From Candidatus Lokiarchaeum ossiferum (lineage in GTDB: Archaea > Asgardarchaeota > Lokiarchaeia > Sigyniarchaeales > Promethearchaeaceae), in contig CP104013.1 of NCBI GenBank assembly GCA_025839675.1, positions 2,760,001 through 2,792,000 of the forward strand: a DNA stretch of 32,000 nucleotides. The letters are read 5' to 3'. The notes below the pieces were generated by a model. That model saw only the letters and a program-made list of their open reading frames with translations, was not told the DNA's origin and did not search any database. Within the stretch, counting starts at the first letter, position 1. The number at the start of each line of letters is the position of its first letter. Shown here in pieces: positions 8,392-16,302 of the stretch. Both the position numbers and the translations under genes were made by a program.

Positions 8392-8445
8392 ACTACTTTT
8401 AGTAGTCGAAAAAAAAAGAAACAATATTACAATTTGGTATAATTG
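8392..8445 (-). promoter_or_regulatory. Promoter/operator module copy B: ACTACTTTTAGTAGT (8392-8406), a 27-nt spacer, then TTGGTATAATTG (8434-8445)
   Basis: Same palindrome, box and spacing as 94-147. It lies between the SBP gene (start 8281, minus) and the TrmB-family gene (start 8803, plus). Confidence 0.55.
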
Positions 8446-8802
8446 TTTAAATCGAGAAAAAATCCCTTTTTAGAAGAGATAGATTTATCGAAATTAGGTT
8501 TATTCCAAGCCCAAAGTTCAAGAATTATAAATACATTACTCCAAAATAATTATTTGAGAAAGAATAAATAGATTTCAAGACAATTTTCATGTTTTTAACC
8601 CCGAAATAGAAGTTATTTTACATTTTTATATTGAAAATATGACAGAAATCTTTTAAATAATCCAAAGATTATAAAGGATTTAATTAACTACTATAAATGG
8701 TAATGCTTGCATGCAATAATTACATCATTGCAACAAATTCTTTTTTAAATTTCACACAACCCAAGTTTAATATACAAGAAAATAACTGGAAAATGATTAG
8801 AA

Positions 8803-9972
8803 GTGGAACCAAATACGAAGAAAGATATAGAAGCCTTAGATGATCTAAAAAAATACTTGATATCTGCAAATATACAAGATGATGAAAATTGGCGAATCAG
8901 AACTTTACTAAATAGACTTGGTTTAACAAAATATGAAGCTGAGGCATATATAGGACTCGTTCAAGGAGGAACTTTAACTGTTAAACAACTTGTTCAAAAA
9001 ACAGGAATTCCACAATCTCGGTCATATGATACACTTGGAAGTTTGGTCAAATATGGAATGGTAGAACAAACACCCCAGATTGAAAAAAAAGGAAAACAAG
9101 ATAAACGATTTCGAGCAGTTGGACCGGATTTAGCAGTCCATAATTTATTCTCATATTTTACTTACATAAAAGATGAGGCCATTGCAGAATTACAAAAAAT
9201 TGAAGCTAAGAAAAATAAAAAATCCCAAATCTGGGAGATTTTTGGTAAAAAGAATATCATAATGGCAGCCAAAAATCTGATAAAAGGTACTCAATTTGAA
9301 ATTTTAATAATAGCAAATCTAAAAATGCTGAAAAGTCTAAAGGAAGAGCTACTGGAAGCAGAAAAGAGAGGTATAAATATTACTTGTATTACTGAACAAC
9401 CCAAAAAGTCTGATCAAGAAGTTGAGATTAATTGGGGTGAGTTCTTCAGAATTGAAAAAATCATTCAAATACCCATGCCTTTCATTATAAATGATTACAA
9501 GAAAGCTCTTGTATGGGGACATGAAACATTCGAACAAGATGTCAGTAGTGATTATGTTGTTGCTCAATTTATTGAAGGACGAGAATGGGTTAGCACTTTA
9601 GCAGATAATTTTTTTATTACCCATTGGAATTTAGCTAAACCATTCTATCCTGAGAACCCAAAAGAAAATATGATATTTCCAAAAACATTTGTACATATCC
9701 AAACTGCATTAGATGGAGCCAAATACTTATTAAATAAAAAAATGATCCCATATGCTGATGTAGTTGGTACAAACTCGAAAAAAATGAGTATTTCTGTTTC
9801 TGGAGAGATTGTTGATATCAAGGAAGATTGGAATGAGGGAATATCAACAATTATAATAAGACCTAATGATAGTAAGAAGGATGTACAAGTCACAGTTGGG
9901 GGAAAATATGCAGCTTTTGAAGATATCAGAATGGAAAAAATCACAATCAATACCATGAAAGAGAGAAACTAA
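8803..9972 (+). CDS. TrmB-family transcriptional regulator (winged helix plus a C-terminal effector-binding domain)
   Basis: The N-terminal wHTH LTKYEAEAYIGLVQGGTLTVKQLVQKTGIPQSRSYDTLGSLVKYGMVEQ is typical of TrmB. The long C-terminal domain matches TrmB size. The frame opens with GTG at 8803, and no in-frame ATG lies before the HTH. It is divergent from an ABC importer, as for characterised TrmB. Confidence 0.8.
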   Translation: MEPNTKKDIEALDDLKKYLISANIQDDENWRIRTLLNRLGLTKYEAEAYIGLVQGGTLTVKQLVQKTGIPQSRSYDTLGSLVKYGMVEQTPQIEKKGKQDKRFRAVGPDLAVHNLFSYFTYIKDEAIAELQKIEAKKNKKSQIWEIFGKKNIIMAAKNLIKGTQFEILIIANLKMLKSLKEELLEAEKRGINITCITEQPKKSDQEVEINWGEFFRIEKIIQIPMPFIINDYKKALVWGHETFEQDVSSDYVVAQFIEGREWVSTLADNFFITHWNLAKPFYPENPKENMIFPKTFVHIQTALDGAKYLLNKKMIPYADVVGTNSKKMSISVSGEIVDIKEDWNEGISTIIIRPNDSKKDVQVTVGGKYAAFEDIRMEKITINTMKERN

Positions 9973-10259
9973 ATTTTGGGCAATATTCAATCTTAATGAA
10001 CAACTTCTACTTCTTTTTATATCATTTTTCTTTCTTTTCATAGATAGCTTAAAGTTACTTACCGATTATTTTTGTAAAGGCGCATTCGATCTATTTGCAA
10101 TTAATTTGGCAGCAATCTGCGCATCAAATCTACAAAAAAAGAATTTTCATGTACAATTTAACTGATTTCAATTTTAAAAGTGATAAGAAATGGACCACTT
10201 AATAATTAAGTTTTTACAATTTCACAATACATATGCAGAATTTGTAATGAAGTGAATAT

Positions 10260-11096
10260 ATGAATAAGCAGGACTATATGAAAAAATATCCAGTGTCTCT
10301 AATTGATCTCATTTTAACCCCAATTATTATGAAAGGTTATAATCCAATTCTAAAAGATCTTCCACCTCCGGGAATATATCACATTCGGGATTTATGTTCA
10401 TTCGGAGGTTATTCATATTCAGCAATCCAAACTGCAATGTCTCGCGCAAAGAAAAAAGGAGAAATAATGGAATATATTGACGATATCGGTGTAAAGCGGT
10501 ACAAATTGTGTAGAATGTATCAAAATATTGGCGAAATTGCTAGAAAAAGTTATGAGGATTCGGATGATTTTACTATGATCATTTTTTCATTTAGAACCAA
10601 TGATGAAATTCAAAGAAGAAAAGCAAGAAAAATTCTCAATTTATTTGGATTTCGATATTTTACTAAAAATGTGTATATCAGAAAGAAGATATTGGAAAAA
10701 CCATTCATGGACACTATAAAAACGGAAGGATTGGAGCAAAATGTTTTTCTCTTCCACTGTGAGGATCCACATTCAGAATTTTTCAAACAAAAATTACTCA
10801 AACAAGTTCATATGAAGGAAGCGGTACAAAGAACTATTGATTATAAAAAAAATATGGAAGAATTTCTTTCCGCTGATTTGAATGGAAGAGAATATTCTAG
10901 GCGGTACTTTTATAATGGACCAAATCATAATAAAATCTGTTTTGACGAAGAACCTCCAGTTCCAGAATCGTACTTTCCTCATCAATATCCCATGAAAGAA
11001 CTTAAACAATCAATTACTTCAATTTCTGAGAATAGAATTAATGATATAATAGAATATTATTTGGAAATTGAGAATAAATATAAAAAAAATAATTAG
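10260..11096 (+). CDS. PaaX-like transcriptional regulator (tentative)
   Basis: The N-terminal region resembles the PaaX wHTH (YSYSAIQTAMSRAKKKGEIMEYIDDIGVKRYKL). It is followed by a Cas2-like ferredoxin segment (FTMIIFSFRTNDEIQRRKARKILNLFGFRYFTKNVYI) and a helical C-terminus, which is the PaaX domain order as I recall it. Confidence 0.4.
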   Translation: MNKQDYMKKYPVSLIDLILTPIIMKGYNPILKDLPPPGIYHIRDLCSFGGYSYSAIQTAMSRAKKKGEIMEYIDDIGVKRYKLCRMYQNIGEIARKSYEDSDDFTMIIFSFRTNDEIQRRKARKILNLFGFRYFTKNVYIRKKILEKPFMDTIKTEGLEQNVFLFHCEDPHSEFFKQKLLKQVHMKEAVQRTIDYKKNMEEFLSADLNGREYSRRYFYNGPNHNKICFDEEPPVPESYFPHQYPMKELKQSITSISENRINDIIEYYLEIENKYKKNN

Positions 11097-11172
11097 CAGA
11101 TAATATTCAAACCTTTTTTTCCCATACAAACGTTTGGAAATTAAACTAAATGGAAATGGAGATTGAAACACC

Positions 11173-12705
11173 ATGGAAAATAAGAAAGAATTAAAAAACA
11201 CAAAAAAAAAAAAAGTTGTAATTATTGGTGCGGGAGTTGCAGGTTTAGCATCGGGAATTTATGCAAAAAAAAATGGATTTGATGCAGAAATCTATGAGGC
11301 TCATTCAAAACCAGGTGGATTATGTACAAGCTGGAAACGAGGAGGATATATTTTTGAAACCATGCATTGGTTAGTGGGTACAAAGAAAGGGAATTTTTGG
11401 AATAAAATTTTTACTGAAGTAGGAGCATTTCAAAATTTAGAAATGAAAACGTATGATGAGTATATTCGATATTGTTTTCCAGATAAGGATGATATAATTT
11501 TCTATACAGATATTGATAAACTTCATGATCACTTTATGAAAATTGCTCCAGAAGATAAAAAAGAGATAAATAAATTCTGTAAAACCGTTAAAAAATTAGT
11601 CAATTTCAACTATATACCTGAAAAACCACGTCAACAGATGAATTTTTTAGATAATGTGAAGTCTGCATTCAAAATCTTACCATTCTTGAAAATTCTCTCA
11701 TCTTGTATGAAGATATCATTGAATGAATACTCCAAACGATTTAAAAATCAGCAATTACGACGAGCATTCAAGAATATTTTTCTAAATGATGAGACATCAG
11801 TATTTGGTTTCTTCTATATCTTAGCAATGTTCCATAAAGGAACTAATGGTTATCCAATTGGAGGTTCCCTAGAAGTTATAAGGAATATGGAAAAAACATA
11901 TTTGAATCTTGGAGGAAATATTAATTATAACTCACCTGTTAAAAAAATCCTTCATAATGCGGGAAATGTATCTTCTATAGTGCTAGAAAATGGAAAGGAG
12001 ATTTTCGGAGATTTTTTCATTTCATCAGGAGATCTATTTGTGGCTTTGGAGTCAATGTTGGGAATCAAATCTGAAAATTCACCATACAAAGATCTATTTT
12101 TGGAAAAAAATATGTGTAAACCTTGTTTTCAGGTATCTTTGGGGGTTAATCACAATTTTATAAATAAAACTAACAGCGTTTACAGATATCTTCCCTTGAA
12201 AGAAACGATAAAAATAGCAGGGCATGAATTTGATATCTTAGAAACACATCAAAATTTTGGTTTACCATTTGCACCAAAGAATAGGTCAAACCTTGTGATT
12301 TCCTATAATCATTACTCAGAATTTGAATCATGGTTTGAATTTGCTGAAGATAGAGAGAAATACTCAACACAAAAAAAAGAAATTTTGGCAATCACAATTA
12401 AGGCATTAGAAGAACATTATCCAGGTATTTCTAATAATATTGAAACCACTGATGTCGCAACACCCAAAACTTTCCAAAGATACACACAATCATGGAATGG
12501 AACATTCAATTCATGGCATCCGACCCCGAAAAATGCAAGATCAATGATGAAACAACGTCCTTATCAATTAAGGGAGTTTCAAAATCTCTATTTTGCTGGA
12601 AGATATATATTTCCTCCAGGTGGAATTCCTCCAAGTGTGAAAACTGGACGTGATGTTTTGCAATTGATTTGTAAAAAGGAAAAAAAAATATTCAAAGCGG
12701 ATTAA
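11173..12705 (+). CDS. FAD/NAD(P)-dependent oxidoreductase, phytoene desaturase (CrtI) family
   Basis: The N-terminal dinucleotide fold VVIIGAGVAGLASGIYAKKNGFDAEIYEAHSKPGGLCTSW matches. The ~500-aa length and the C-terminal FAGRYIFPPGGIPPSVKTG match the CrtI/amine-oxidase-like family. Confidence 0.8.
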   Translation: MENKKELKNTKKKKVVIIGAGVAGLASGIYAKKNGFDAEIYEAHSKPGGLCTSWKRGGYIFETMHWLVGTKKGNFWNKIFTEVGAFQNLEMKTYDEYIRYCFPDKDDIIFYTDIDKLHDHFMKIAPEDKKEINKFCKTVKKLVNFNYIPEKPRQQMNFLDNVKSAFKILPFLKILSSCMKISLNEYSKRFKNQQLRRAFKNIFLNDETSVFGFFYILAMFHKGTNGYPIGGSLEVIRNMEKTYLNLGGNINYNSPVKKILHNAGNVSSIVLENGKEIFGDFFISSGDLFVALESMLGIKSENSPYKDLFLEKNMCKPCFQVSLGVNHNFINKTNSVYRYLPLKETIKIAGHEFDILETHQNFGLPFAPKNRSNLVISYNHYSEFESWFEFAEDREKYSTQKKEILAITIKALEEHYPGISNNIETTDVATPKTFQRYTQSWNGTFNSWHPTPKNARSMMKQRPYQLREFQNLYFAGRYIFPPGGIPPSVKTGRDVLQLICKKEKKIFKAD

Positions 12706-12794
12706 TGAAAGTTTACAATTTTCGAAGATTATCGAATGTAAGTTTTAGTCCTTTTTTCTATTGTATTTTACTTTTCACATAAATAACCCAAAAT

Positions 12795-13205
12795 TTACGG
12801 AGGTTTAATTCCTAAATCTTCAGCAAATCGTAATAAATAGCCATCTGGATCTTGTACGAGAAACTCTTTATTTCCCAATAGAAGATCATCTTGTCTATAC
12901 CAATTTTCTTTGGGTTCAACAAATAGAGGATAATTGTTTTTTTTCAGATTGTCTAAAATCGGTTTAATACTCTCAACTTCAATTTGAAAATTGATCCCCC
13001 TTCCAAAGGGATGCAATAATTCCCCAGTTACCCAGCAATCATTGATTTCTTCAACCATTAACTGGCTTCCTTGAAAAGAAATCATGGCAAATTTAGATTC
13101 ATCACGTTTATACTCAATCTTGAATCGGAGGATATCGATATAAAAGTGTAAACAACTTTTAAAATTAGAAACACTCAGTTCAGGAATTAATTTGTTGAAT
13201 CTCAT
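12795..13205 (-). CDS. VOC-family protein (glyoxalase / bleomycin-resistance-like)
   Basis: ~135 aa with the paired beta-alpha-beta-beta-beta pattern. The termini (LIPELSVSNFKSCLHFYIDILRFKI ... FLVQDPDGYLLRFAED) are typical of the family. The ATG at 13205 is preferred over the TTG at 13226. Confidence 0.7.
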   Translation of the reverse strand: MRFNKLIPELSVSNFKSCLHFYIDILRFKIEYKRDESKFAMISFQGSQLMVEEINDCWVTGELLHPFGRGINFQIEVESIKPILDNLKKNNYPLFVEPKENWYRQDDLLLGNKEFLVQDPDGYLLRFAEDLGIKPP

Positions 13206-13287
13206 GATAATACTAGTGAATGTCAAGTATAAATCTTTTTTCCCTGCATAAATCCCAAAGATGTTAAAAAAAAGGTAAGGATTTGAA

Positions 13288-13764
13288 TCAATGGGATAAA
13301 AAGTTTAAAAAAGCAGAGAGAAAGCTTTTTGCATCACCTTTCCAATTAGGAGGCAAGAAAATTTTGTTCCAATTATCTCCAGTTTGATCCCCTGTGAGAA
13401 CTGGGAAAACTTGATCGAGTAATTCGATATTAGGAAGAGAATCGGAAATTTGACCTTTCATCGCTTTGGTAACTTCTTCACCAGTATAACAATTGAAGAC
13501 AGCAGCTTTTCGGATAGTGGATGAATGTTCAATTTTACCTAATTTCTTGACATATTTAATAAGAGTACTCGTAGGTTTTCCAAAATGCGTGGGACCTCCC
13601 ACCATGATCGCTTCCGGTTGGAAAGTATTTATGGCAGATGCTTTAGTTTTAGTCGTTCTAAATAATTGAGTTTCATGACCAGCTGTGCGTCCTTCTGTTG
13701 CCAAAAATTCAGCGATTTTTTTCGTATTGCCGAATTTACTATCATATAAAATTGCAATTTTCAT
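13288..13764 (-). CDS. Flavodoxin-family protein
   Basis: MKIAILYDSKFGNTKKIAEFLA is the classic flavodoxin FMN-phosphate loop. ~158 aa from the ATG at 13764. The 26-codon upstream extension in the track has no support. Confidence 0.75.
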   Translation of the reverse strand: MKIAILYDSKFGNTKKIAEFLATEGRTAGHETQLFRTTKTKASAINTFQPEAIMVGGPTHFGKPTSTLIKYVKKLGKIEHSSTIRKAAVFNCYTGEEVTKAMKGQISDSLPNIELLDQVFPVLTGDQTGDNWNKIFLPPNWKGDAKSFLSAFLNFLSH

Positions 13765-13885
13765 TGGTTCTTCCCTATCTAAATGAATTTTTTTTTCACT
13801 TATAGTTTTCTTCTTGCGTCTTTGAACTCCTTCGAATTCCAAGATGAGGAAACTTTATTTTGTGTGGTAATATATCGAATTCAGA

Positions 13886-14851
13886 GTGTCACCAGATCAT
13901 AAGATACCAAATGAAGTGCTTGAGTGGTTGTTAGAACCCTCTAATCCATCGGTACGCTATCGAACGATGTTAGAATTACTCGATTATTCGCCAAAGGATC
14001 CCGAAATTCAGCAAACCTACAAGGAGATTCTGAATTGGAAACCCGTCTTGAAAATTAAAAAGGCAATGCATCCAGAGGGTTATTGGACCGTCAAAGTAGA
14101 GAAAGGCAATATTATTGGTAAAGGTACGGAATATCGGACGTTCAATACCACACATTGGGTATTAGGATATCTTGCAGAATACGGACTTACGCGAAAAGAA
14201 GACTTTGTTAACATTGCTAGCAATCGCTATTTAAATCTTCAAAAAGATGATGGGGATTTCTGGCAACATTTATCTTGTCTTTACGGTTTAAATCTTCACA
14301 CATTTTCAAAACTGGGTTTTAATTCTGATCCTCGAATTCAGAAAACCATTGAGTTAGTTACATCCTCAATTAGACATGATAATGGCTATTTATGTGATCT
14401 TAATGAGAGAAAAAAGAAACCTAAAGGAAGAGAAATCAAGAGTTGTTTTAGGGGGACGCTCAAAGTGTTATTTGGACTTTCTGAGTTTTCATCATTGTGG
14501 GATCAATTATATGCAAAAAAACTTATAGATTACTTCTTAAACCGTGAACTTATTTTTAAAAGGAATAAACCGACCGAATTAGTGGTAAAAAATGCGGAAT
14601 TATTGGTTTTTCCCTTCACTTATCGAGAGGGATTATTGGAAACTCTATATCCCCTTCTTAAAATGGGGTATGGAAATCACCCCAAATGTGTACGAGCTTG
14701 GGAACTCTTTGAATCTAAGAAATTGCCTGATGGACGGTTTCCTTTAGAATGGAATCCGACAAATAAATTCCTTCGACCCGGGACTCGGGGAGAACCCAAT
14801 AAATGGGTTACTTTCTATGCTTATCTCCTATATAAGTTAAAGGAAACATAA
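13886..14851 (+). CDS. Alpha/alpha-toroid (prenyltransferase / terpene-cyclase-like repeat) protein, function unknown
   Basis: It has repeated aromatic/Asp-Gly motifs (HPEGYWT, QKDDGDFWQ, RHDNGYLC, LPDGRFPLEW) spaced about 45-60 aa apart, as in squalene-cyclase/prenyltransferase-type repeats. GTG start. Fold-level call only. Confidence 0.4.
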   Translation: MSPDHKIPNEVLEWLLEPSNPSVRYRTMLELLDYSPKDPEIQQTYKEILNWKPVLKIKKAMHPEGYWTVKVEKGNIIGKGTEYRTFNTTHWVLGYLAEYGLTRKEDFVNIASNRYLNLQKDDGDFWQHLSCLYGLNLHTFSKLGFNSDPRIQKTIELVTSSIRHDNGYLCDLNERKKKPKGREIKSCFRGTLKVLFGLSEFSSLWDQLYAKKLIDYFLNRELIFKRNKPTELVVKNAELLVFPFTYREGLLETLYPLLKMGYGNHPKCVRAWELFESKKLPDGRFPLEWNPTNKFLRPGTRGEPNKWVTFYAYLLYKLKET

Positions 14852-14885
14852 TAGAAATCTCAAAATCCAAAAAAAATTTATGAAC

Positions 14886-16148
14886 TTACTTCTTCATTGT
14901 TGGATCAGACAGCCTTCCCATGAATAGGATGAGTCCAGTAGATTTTTCTTGGATAAGGAAAATAAATGGATGATCTGCTTCAAAACTGGGAGTAGCACAC
15001 TTAAATCCCCCAATTACCGCAGTAGCTGCCGCGGCTTCAGCTCCTTTTTCATCAACTTTGATATAAGCTTGATGAATAACCTTTGTAATCAAAAGTCGAG
15101 GATCCAAATTCATTTTTGAAAAATTTGCATCGTCAGTGAATGCTGTTGGCATCCCTAAATCTTCAAGAGTGTTTTGCATGTCATATCGGGTTTCAAACTC
15201 AAATTTTGGCAGAGAAATAGAACTCAATTTAGCTTCATGCAAGTTGTAATTATATTCTATTAGTTTTTCATTGGACAACGAGGATTCAATCAAATCCATA
15301 TTAGAGTTTGGTAACAGAATGATCATTGAAAATTTCTCCCCCAGATATGGCAACTCAAGAATTTGAAGATTATCAAGATGAGAGTAATTAAAATTTTGAT
15401 TTGTTCCAGGGTCCAGTTGCATCATAGGAGCTATTACTTTTTTTCCTACCGCCAATGTGAAATCCTTGTCTTGTGTATCTGCTTTATCAAACTCATTGAG
15501 CCAATTCCCTTTAAAAAATATCGCATTAGTTAAGACAAATTTAGTCAAGCTAACAATGTCCCCTTTTTGAAGCAAATCGTTGATTTTTCCGTTTGTTTGC
15601 TCGTCGATAAATTGATTGATGGTTTGTCTCGATTTTTCAGTTTGTTTTTTAAAATCGAGGTTTGCTGCTTTGGCTCCATAATATTGTTCTATGCGATTTG
15701 AAAAATCCTTGAAGAATGGAAAGTCATGTTGTGCCCATAAGGCATTTCCCATTCTCAGATTTTCTTGGCCCTTATCTTGATTTAATTTATTATAAACTGC
15801 GGCATAGTTTGGAACTAGCTCATTGTTATTTGAAAGATGTAATACTGATAATAATTCTTCTTCTGTTTTTCCAGAAGCCCCTTCATAAGTCATGGCTAAG
15901 GCGGAAAAAATACTAAAGGGAGAAAAAAAGAGGTTATTTTCATTGGATTCTGCGAATTGTAAATATAAATCGCATGCAAACTGATTACTCGCATCTACTA
16001 TCGCTTGCATCCCCGGTTGTGTGGATCCAGTATCATTCAGTTTTGGGGGCTGTTTTGGTTGATATGGAAAATTGAATAAAAATAATGTAGTGGTTAGAGT
16101 AACTCCAAGAAGAATGGCTGATGTAATTGTTAGATTTTTTTTATTCAT
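14886..16148 (-). CDS. Serpin (serine protease inhibitor family) with an N-terminal signal anchor; predicted P1-P1' = Lys383-Cys384
   Basis: Serpin N-terminal motif FFSPFSIFSALAMTYEGASGKTEEEL. Hinge and reactive-centre loop EKGAEAAAATAVIGGFK-CATPSFEADHPFIFLI. Aligning the hinge to alpha-1-antitrypsin (EKGTEAAGAMFLEAIPM-S) places P1 at Lys (codon 15000-15002). The hydrophobic N-terminus is LTITSAILLGVTLTTTLFLF. Confidence 0.9.
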   Translation of the reverse strand: MNKKNLTITSAILLGVTLTTTLFLFNFPYQPKQPPKLNDTGSTQPGMQAIVDASNQFACDLYLQFAESNENNLFFSPFSIFSALAMTYEGASGKTEEELLSVLHLSNNNELVPNYAAVYNKLNQDKGQENLRMGNALWAQHDFPFFKDFSNRIEQYYGAKAANLDFKKQTEKSRQTINQFIDEQTNGKINDLLQKGDIVSLTKFVLTNAIFFKGNWLNEFDKADTQDKDFTLAVGKKVIAPMMQLDPGTNQNFNYSHLDNLQILELPYLGEKFSMIILLPNSNMDLIESSLSNEKLIEYNYNLHEAKLSSISLPKFEFETRYDMQNTLEDLGMPTAFTDDANFSKMNLDPRLLITKVIHQAYIKVDEKGAEAAAATAVIGGFKCATPSFEADHPFIFLIQEKSTGLILFMGRLSDPTMKK

Positions 16149-16243
16149 AAAAATAACCTGTTAGGAATATTATGGGAAATTTGCTTAGGGACGTGAGATA
16201 AATTCTATAGCACTCGTTATAACATCAAAATAAGACTGTATTT

Positions 16244-16281
16244 AAAAAAAGTGAGGTAATAAATTCGAACGGTTTATTACC
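16244..16281 (-). terminator. Hairpin plus T7 after the protease gene
   Basis: GGTAATAAA (16255-16263) pairs with TTTATTACC (16273-16281) as a perfect 9-bp stem. It is followed on the minus strand by T7 (A-run 16244-16250). This suggests the serpin has its own promoter. Confidence 0.45.
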
Positions 16282-16302
16282 CAACAATTATTTGACTTTT
16301 TC

